Of a stretch of 64,000 nucleotides of DNA, positions 60,817-64,000 are shown piece after piece. The stretch lies in NCBI GenBank assembly GCA_018385335.1, contig JAHAZN010000018.1:5839-69838 (forward strand). Reading direction: 5' to 3'. A model generated the notes under the pieces. It worked only from the letters and a program-made list of their open reading frames with translations, was not told the DNA's origin and did no database searches. The DNA is from Prevotella sp. Lineage in GTDB: Bacteria > Bacteroidota > Bacteroidia > Bacteroidales > Bacteroidaceae. Position 1 is the first letter of the stretch, and every line of letters begins with the position of its first letter. The translations under genes and the position numbers were made by a program.

Positions 60817-60920
60817 TCACGCTCTTCATCGTAGCACTTGCCCTGGCCTATGCCATCTACCGCCTCTTCCGCGCCTTCAATGATAACGACTGCGGCTGTG
60901 GAGGTTGCAGGAATTCATAA
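60804..60920 (+). CDS. 38-aa membrane peptide resembling FeoB-associated Cys-rich membrane proteins (below the ORF-track size cut-off)
   Basis: Hand translation gives MQEIITLFIVALALAYAIYRLFRAFNDNDCGCGGCRNS. That is one hydrophobic helix, then basic residues, then a CGCGGC cluster. ATG at 60804, TAA at 60918-60920. It overlaps the NUDIX stop by 13 nt and the convergent 499-aa ORF by 64 nt. Confidence 0.5.
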   Translation: MQEIITLFIVALALAYAIYRLFRAFNDNDCGCGGCRNS

Positions 60921-62356
60921 CATCCGATGTCGGGTGTGTCGCTCTTGCGCATGTTACCCAGTCTGTCGGCGGGATAGAGTGTGATTGGACGGGCCTGTCC
61001 ACGGGCCGTTGAACGGGAAGACAGACGGAAATCATAGTCTTGACGGTCAGCATCGACAAGAAAGAAATGTTCTTTGCCCTGCAGCGTATCCTTGGGCGAC
61101 TCCCATATCACCTTGTCGAAAGGAGCCATCTTGGTAGAATCGGTCTCAGCAGGGGTGCGCAAAATACAGTGGGAGAAATAGTAGTTGTAGGCCACTGTGG
61201 TATCGCCTACCTCACCCATTATCTCATCATCGGAATAACCAGTAACCAAGGTATTGTAACACTCCATCAAGAGTAGCGGACAGTTGCTCTTCTCCTCGAA
61301 ATTGGTAAACCTTAGCGCCACCCCTCTATCGGCATCAAAAGGATAGAACTGTGCCAGGGTGCAATAGGCCATTAGGACCTTGCCGCCGATGAATGCCACA
61401 CAATCGTCTTTGGTATTGGTAATCTGACAATTGGCCATCCAGACATTGGTGTTATAGGTCTTCAGTCCGTAGCCGGCACAGTTGTGGATGGTGACATTCT
61501 CCATATATAATCTCACTTTTTGCTCATCAATAGCCGAGGAGTCGCAGAGGATACCCGTCTCAGCACTGTGAAGGTCGAGCTGACAGAGTCTGTTGCCTGT
61601 TGACGAGGCATGGAACCTGATGCCTTTCCACTGCCCACTCACCCTGTCATAAGGCAGATAGTCGAACATCCGGTCGGTGCGGTCGCCTCGCATCACCACA
61701 TCTGATGAAGTATCGTCGCTACACACGAGCAGTGTACCATAGACCTGTAGCGAGGCATTACGATGAAAATAGAGGGTTGTGGGTGCCTTGATGGTGAGTG
61801 TCACACCACTGTCAACACGCAGGGAGTCGAAGATGATGATGGGTTTTGAAGACTGTATCACAGTGTCTCGTCTCACCCTCAATGCTCTGTGCATCAGTGC
61901 ATCCCACGACCAGGCTCTGAGATTGACAACCTGCTCTACCCCGCTCTCAAGCGTAAAGACGAGTTCATCTTCAACGAGCATAGGGATCTCTCCGCCATTA
62001 GGTCGTGAGGTGAGTTCTACGAAGACACGCAGACTGTCCTTCTTGCGCAGTTCCAAACCTCCTATCTGACTGCCATTGCTATTATCGAGAAAACAGCCAT
62101 CGACATTCACACGGAACCCACTCTGATAGCCTCTTTTCAGGCGGACCTTAGCGAGGCGTAACCCTTCACTGTTGCGATTGTACACCCAGAACGACTTTGT
62201 ACTTGAGGGCACACCACTGAAGAGCGTATCCATGGAAAGAGTATCTACGGAGAATGACAACACATCGTTTCTGCTGGTAGAAAACGAGTCGTCGTCGCTG
62301 CAGGCCACAAAGAAAAGGGCCATGAGGGAGATAAGAGATATCAGCTTTTTCATCAA
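60857..62356 (-). CDS. hypothetical lipoprotein, possibly with a right-handed beta-helix region
   Basis: 499 aa with the lipobox MMKKLISLISLMALFFVAC. The middle region has repetitive short beta-strand segments with Asn/Cys ladders, suggestive of a parallel beta-helix. I cannot assign a family. Confidence 0.5.
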   Translation of the reverse strand: MMKKLISLISLMALFFVACSDDDSFSTSRNDVLSFSVDTLSMDTLFSGVPSSTKSFWVYNRNSEGLRLAKVRLKRGYQSGFRVNVDGCFLDNSNGSQIGGLELRKKDSLRVFVELTSRPNGGEIPMLVEDELVFTLESGVEQVVNLRAWSWDALMHRALRVRRDTVIQSSKPIIIFDSLRVDSGVTLTIKAPTTLYFHRNASLQVYGTLLVCSDDTSSDVVMRGDRTDRMFDYLPYDRVSGQWKGIRFHASSTGNRLCQLDLHSAETGILCDSSAIDEQKVRLYMENVTIHNCAGYGLKTYNTNVWMANCQITNTKDDCVAFIGGKVLMAYCTLAQFYPFDADRGVALRFTNFEEKSNCPLLLMECYNTLVTGYSDDEIMGEVGDTTVAYNYYFSHCILRTPAETDSTKMAPFDKVIWESPKDTLQGKEHFFLVDADRQDYDFRLSSRSTARGQARPITLYPADRLGNMRKSDTPDIGCYEFLQPPQPQSLSLKARKRR

Positions 62357-62409
62357 TAACTAAAACGCACAAAGTGTGTGATTATTGTGATGAGAATGGA
62401 GAAGAAATG

Positions 62410-62453
62410 AAAAGAGAAAGAGGGCATGTCAAAATAAATCTTGACACACCCTC
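62410..62453 (-). terminator. terminator after rubrerythrin
   Basis: On the minus strand: GAGGGTGTGTCAA-gatttatt-TTGACATGCCCTC (5+6 bp with a 2-nt internal mismatch), followed by TTTCTCTTTT. Confidence 0.6.
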
Positions 62454-62485
62454 CTTGAGTTATTTAAGTGTATGAAAGAGACAAA

Positions 62486-63043
62486 TTACTTCTTGCCGAA
62501 ATAACGCTCATAGAGACCAATGAATCCGGCGCAATGACGAGCCTCATCCTTAGCCATCTCATGCACGGTGTCGTGCGTAGCGTCCATACCAGCAGCCTTG
62601 GCATTCTTGGCAATGCGGAACTTATCCTCGCATGCTCCACGTTCAGCGGCAATACGTGCCTCGAGGTTGCTCTTGGTATCCTTGAGCACATCGCCCAGGA
62701 GTTCAGCAAACTTAGAAGCGTGCTCAGCCTCTTCGAAAGCATAACGCTTGTAAGCCTCTGCAATCTCGGGATAACCCTCGCGGTCTGCCTGACGACTCAT
62801 AGCGAGATACATACCCACCTCGCAGCACTCACCGTTGAAATGAGTCTCAAGGTCTTTAATCATCTCCTCGCTTGCATCCTCTTTGCGGGCAGCACCCAAC
62901 TCATGTTTGGTGGCAAACTCTACATTGCTATCGTCCATCTCCTTAAACTTAGAGGCAGGAGCCTTACAGAGGGGGCACTTCTCGGGAGCGGCATCACCTT
63001 CATATACGTAGCCGCATACAGCACAAACAAATTTTTTCTTCAT
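62486..63043 (-). CDS. reverse rubrerythrin (N-terminal rubredoxin-like domain + ferritin-like diiron domain)
   Basis: 185 aa. [12 protein letters not shown]...KCPLCKAP (Cx2C...Cx2C) sits at the N-terminus. It is followed by diiron ligand motifs ([18 protein letters not shown]). Confidence 0.85.
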   Translation of the reverse strand: MKKKFVCAVCGYVYEGDAAPEKCPLCKAPASKFKEMDDSNVEFATKHELGAARKEDASEEMIKDLETHFNGECCEVGMYLAMSRQADREGYPEIAEAYKRYAFEEAEHASKFAELLGDVLKDTKSNLEARIAAERGACEDKFRIAKNAKAAGMDATHDTVHEMAKDEARHCAGFIGLYERYFGKK

Positions 63044-63112
63044 AGTAATTATTTTTTTAATTGATGAATAGTTATTTCTTTCTCACTATTGCCTTTGCTT
63101 GGCAACGCAATG

Positions 63113-63120
63113 CAAATATA
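63113..63120 (-). promoter_or_regulatory. -7 promoter box (TAnnTTTG) for rubrerythrin
   Basis: The reverse complement reads TATATTTG, about 70 nt upstream of the ATG at 63043. Confidence 0.5.
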
Positions 63121-63130
63121 GGAATAAAAA

Positions 63131-63163
63131 AATAAATCCCACAATAATGCGGGATTTTTTTTT
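63131..63163 (-). terminator. A/T-flanked hairpin terminator after the esterase gene
   Basis: ATCCCAC-AATAAT-GCGGGAT (one mismatch), flanked by an A-run upstream and a T9 run downstream. It is terminator-like in both orientations. Confidence 0.65.
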
Positions 63164-63185
63164 CTAATCTATCAATAAATTATTT

Positions 63186-64000
63186 CTATTCTTTCCATTT
63201 AGCTCCTTCGCGAAGCACGAAAGCTATCTTCTTCCCTTTGGGAACAACGGGTTTTGTCCATTCTCCCTTAAAGAGTTGCAGGGTGATTTTCTTCTTGCTT
63301 TGCGGCACTGAAGCGATAGCCTCGTCGATGGTAAAGAAATCGCCTACGCCATCTTTTGCCACACTATAGTCATAATCTACGATATGACTGCGCAGTGCGG
63401 GCACCTTTTCTGCCATGGCATCTGCCAACAGTCGTGCCACCTTGTGCGCACCATAGATATTATAATGTGTGTTGTCCTGTCTGCCCTTGGGTATTGAAGG
63501 CTCTTCATTTGGGAGGAACCACATGTGCAGCTTCTTCGATGCTTCGCGTCCCAACGACTGTTCCAACTGATGAGTGATGGCGTTGGCATCTACAAAGACA
63601 GCATTCTGTTCGCGTGCCACATTACGCGGTGAGAGCAGGTAAGCTCCGTGGGTGTCGTAGAGCGTATCGCCCTCTTCCTTGAGCTCTTTGCTTGGAGGTC
63701 CCACGGTATTGCGGAGCTTTTCGTCATCATCATTGACTGGGATGCGTTTGAAGAAATTTCTTCTCACCACGGCATTCATCAGTATTGGGATGCCCCCTTT
63801 CTCACGAGTCTCCCTCACAAACTTCCTTAGGTTAGCATCAAAGGTAGTTCCTGGGTCGGTATGACGGTCAGCCTTGGGTTTCTCGTCGTTATGTCCAAAC
63901 TGTATCACCACATAGTCGCCAGGCTGTATTCGTTCCACCACCTTCTGCCATCGTCCCTCATTGATAAAACTCTTCGATGATCGCCCATTGACAGCATGGT
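63186..64000 (-). CDS. SGNH/GDSL hydrolase, rhamnogalacturonan acetylesterase-like (CE12-like), 5' end outside window; short pectinesterase-like C-terminal tail
   Basis: The frame stays open to the window edge (HAVNGRSSKSFINEGRWQKVVERIQPGDYVVIQFGHNDEK...). The catalytic DNTHYNIYGAH block is present. The last ~66 aa (VAKDGVGDFFTIDEAIASVP...) resemble the start of a pectin methylesterase domain. The track's start at 63941 is an internal GTG. Confidence 0.7.
   Translation of the reverse strand, partial: HAVNGRSSKSFINEGRWQKVVERIQPGDYVVIQFGHNDEKPKADRHTDPGTTFDANLRKFVRETREKGGIPILMNAVVRRNFFKRIPVNDDDEKLRNTVGPPSKELKEEGDTLYDTHGAYLLSPRNVAREQNAVFVDANAITHQLEQSLGREASKKLHMWFLPNEEPSIPKGRQDNTHYNIYGAHKVARLLADAMAEKVPALRSHIVDYDYSVAKDGVGDFFTIDEAIASVPQSKKKITLQLFKGEWTKPVVPKGKKIAFVLREGAKWKE

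Noticed and set aside
1-64000. Scan for CRISPR arrays, transposases/IS ends, phage genes, toxin-antitoxin pairs, restriction-modification or other defence systems, and rRNA.
   Set aside because: None was recognised in any of the translated ORFs or intergenic regions. The only repeats are short regulatory-scale elements. The window looks like core chromosome rather than an accessory island. I could not compute k-mer or GC-skew statistics, so subtle compositional islands are not excluded.

Overview
This 64-kb window reads as ordinary core chromosome of a Bacteroidales bacterium, Prevotella-like and roughly 50% GC by eye. That assignment is an inference. It rests on TAnnTTTG -7 promoter boxes in front of most transcription units, A-rich leaders with almost no Shine-Dalgarno sequences, a T9SS C-terminal sorting domain, a DUF5103-type protein and a serine palmitoyltransferase-type gene. 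I call about 48 protein genes and 2 tRNAs (Cys-GCA, Pro-UGG).

Genes are packed in long co-directional arrays with many ATGA start/stop overlaps. Housekeeping genes include serC, serA, glyA, rpsP, maeB, serS, gdhA, rpoD, AddAB-like helicase-nuclease, nadC, cstA, ruvC and rubrerythrin. They are interleaved with about 9 glycosyltransferases, a Wzx-like flippase and an acetyltransferase. I saw no rRNA, CRISPR array, transposase, integrase, phage genes or recognisable defence system.

The ORF track uses GTG and TTG as starts, so I trimmed several N-termini to ATGs that sit just behind promoter boxes. The observations most worth a second look are:
1. A two-gene module of unknown function: an IscU/NifU-like protein plus a 'GGGtGRT' protein. 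The second gene carries a perfect TAAGGAGG Shine-Dalgarno sequence, which is unusual for this phylum.
2. A 38-aa ORF below the track's size cut-off that resembles the FeoB-associated Cys-rich membrane peptides. It overlaps two neighbouring genes and has no feoB nearby.
3. A PurF-like protein that lacks the N-terminal catalytic Cys and sits between glyA and three glycosyltransferases.
4. A GT2 / L-rhamnose mutarotase / GT4 / TPR histidine kinase operon with no response regulator in the window.
5. A beta-propeller/YYY/TM/AraC regulator that lacks any phosphorelay domains.
6. A divergent serine palmitoyltransferase / lipid kinase pair.

Nothing here is proven novel. All family assignments come from reading the translations, with no database search.
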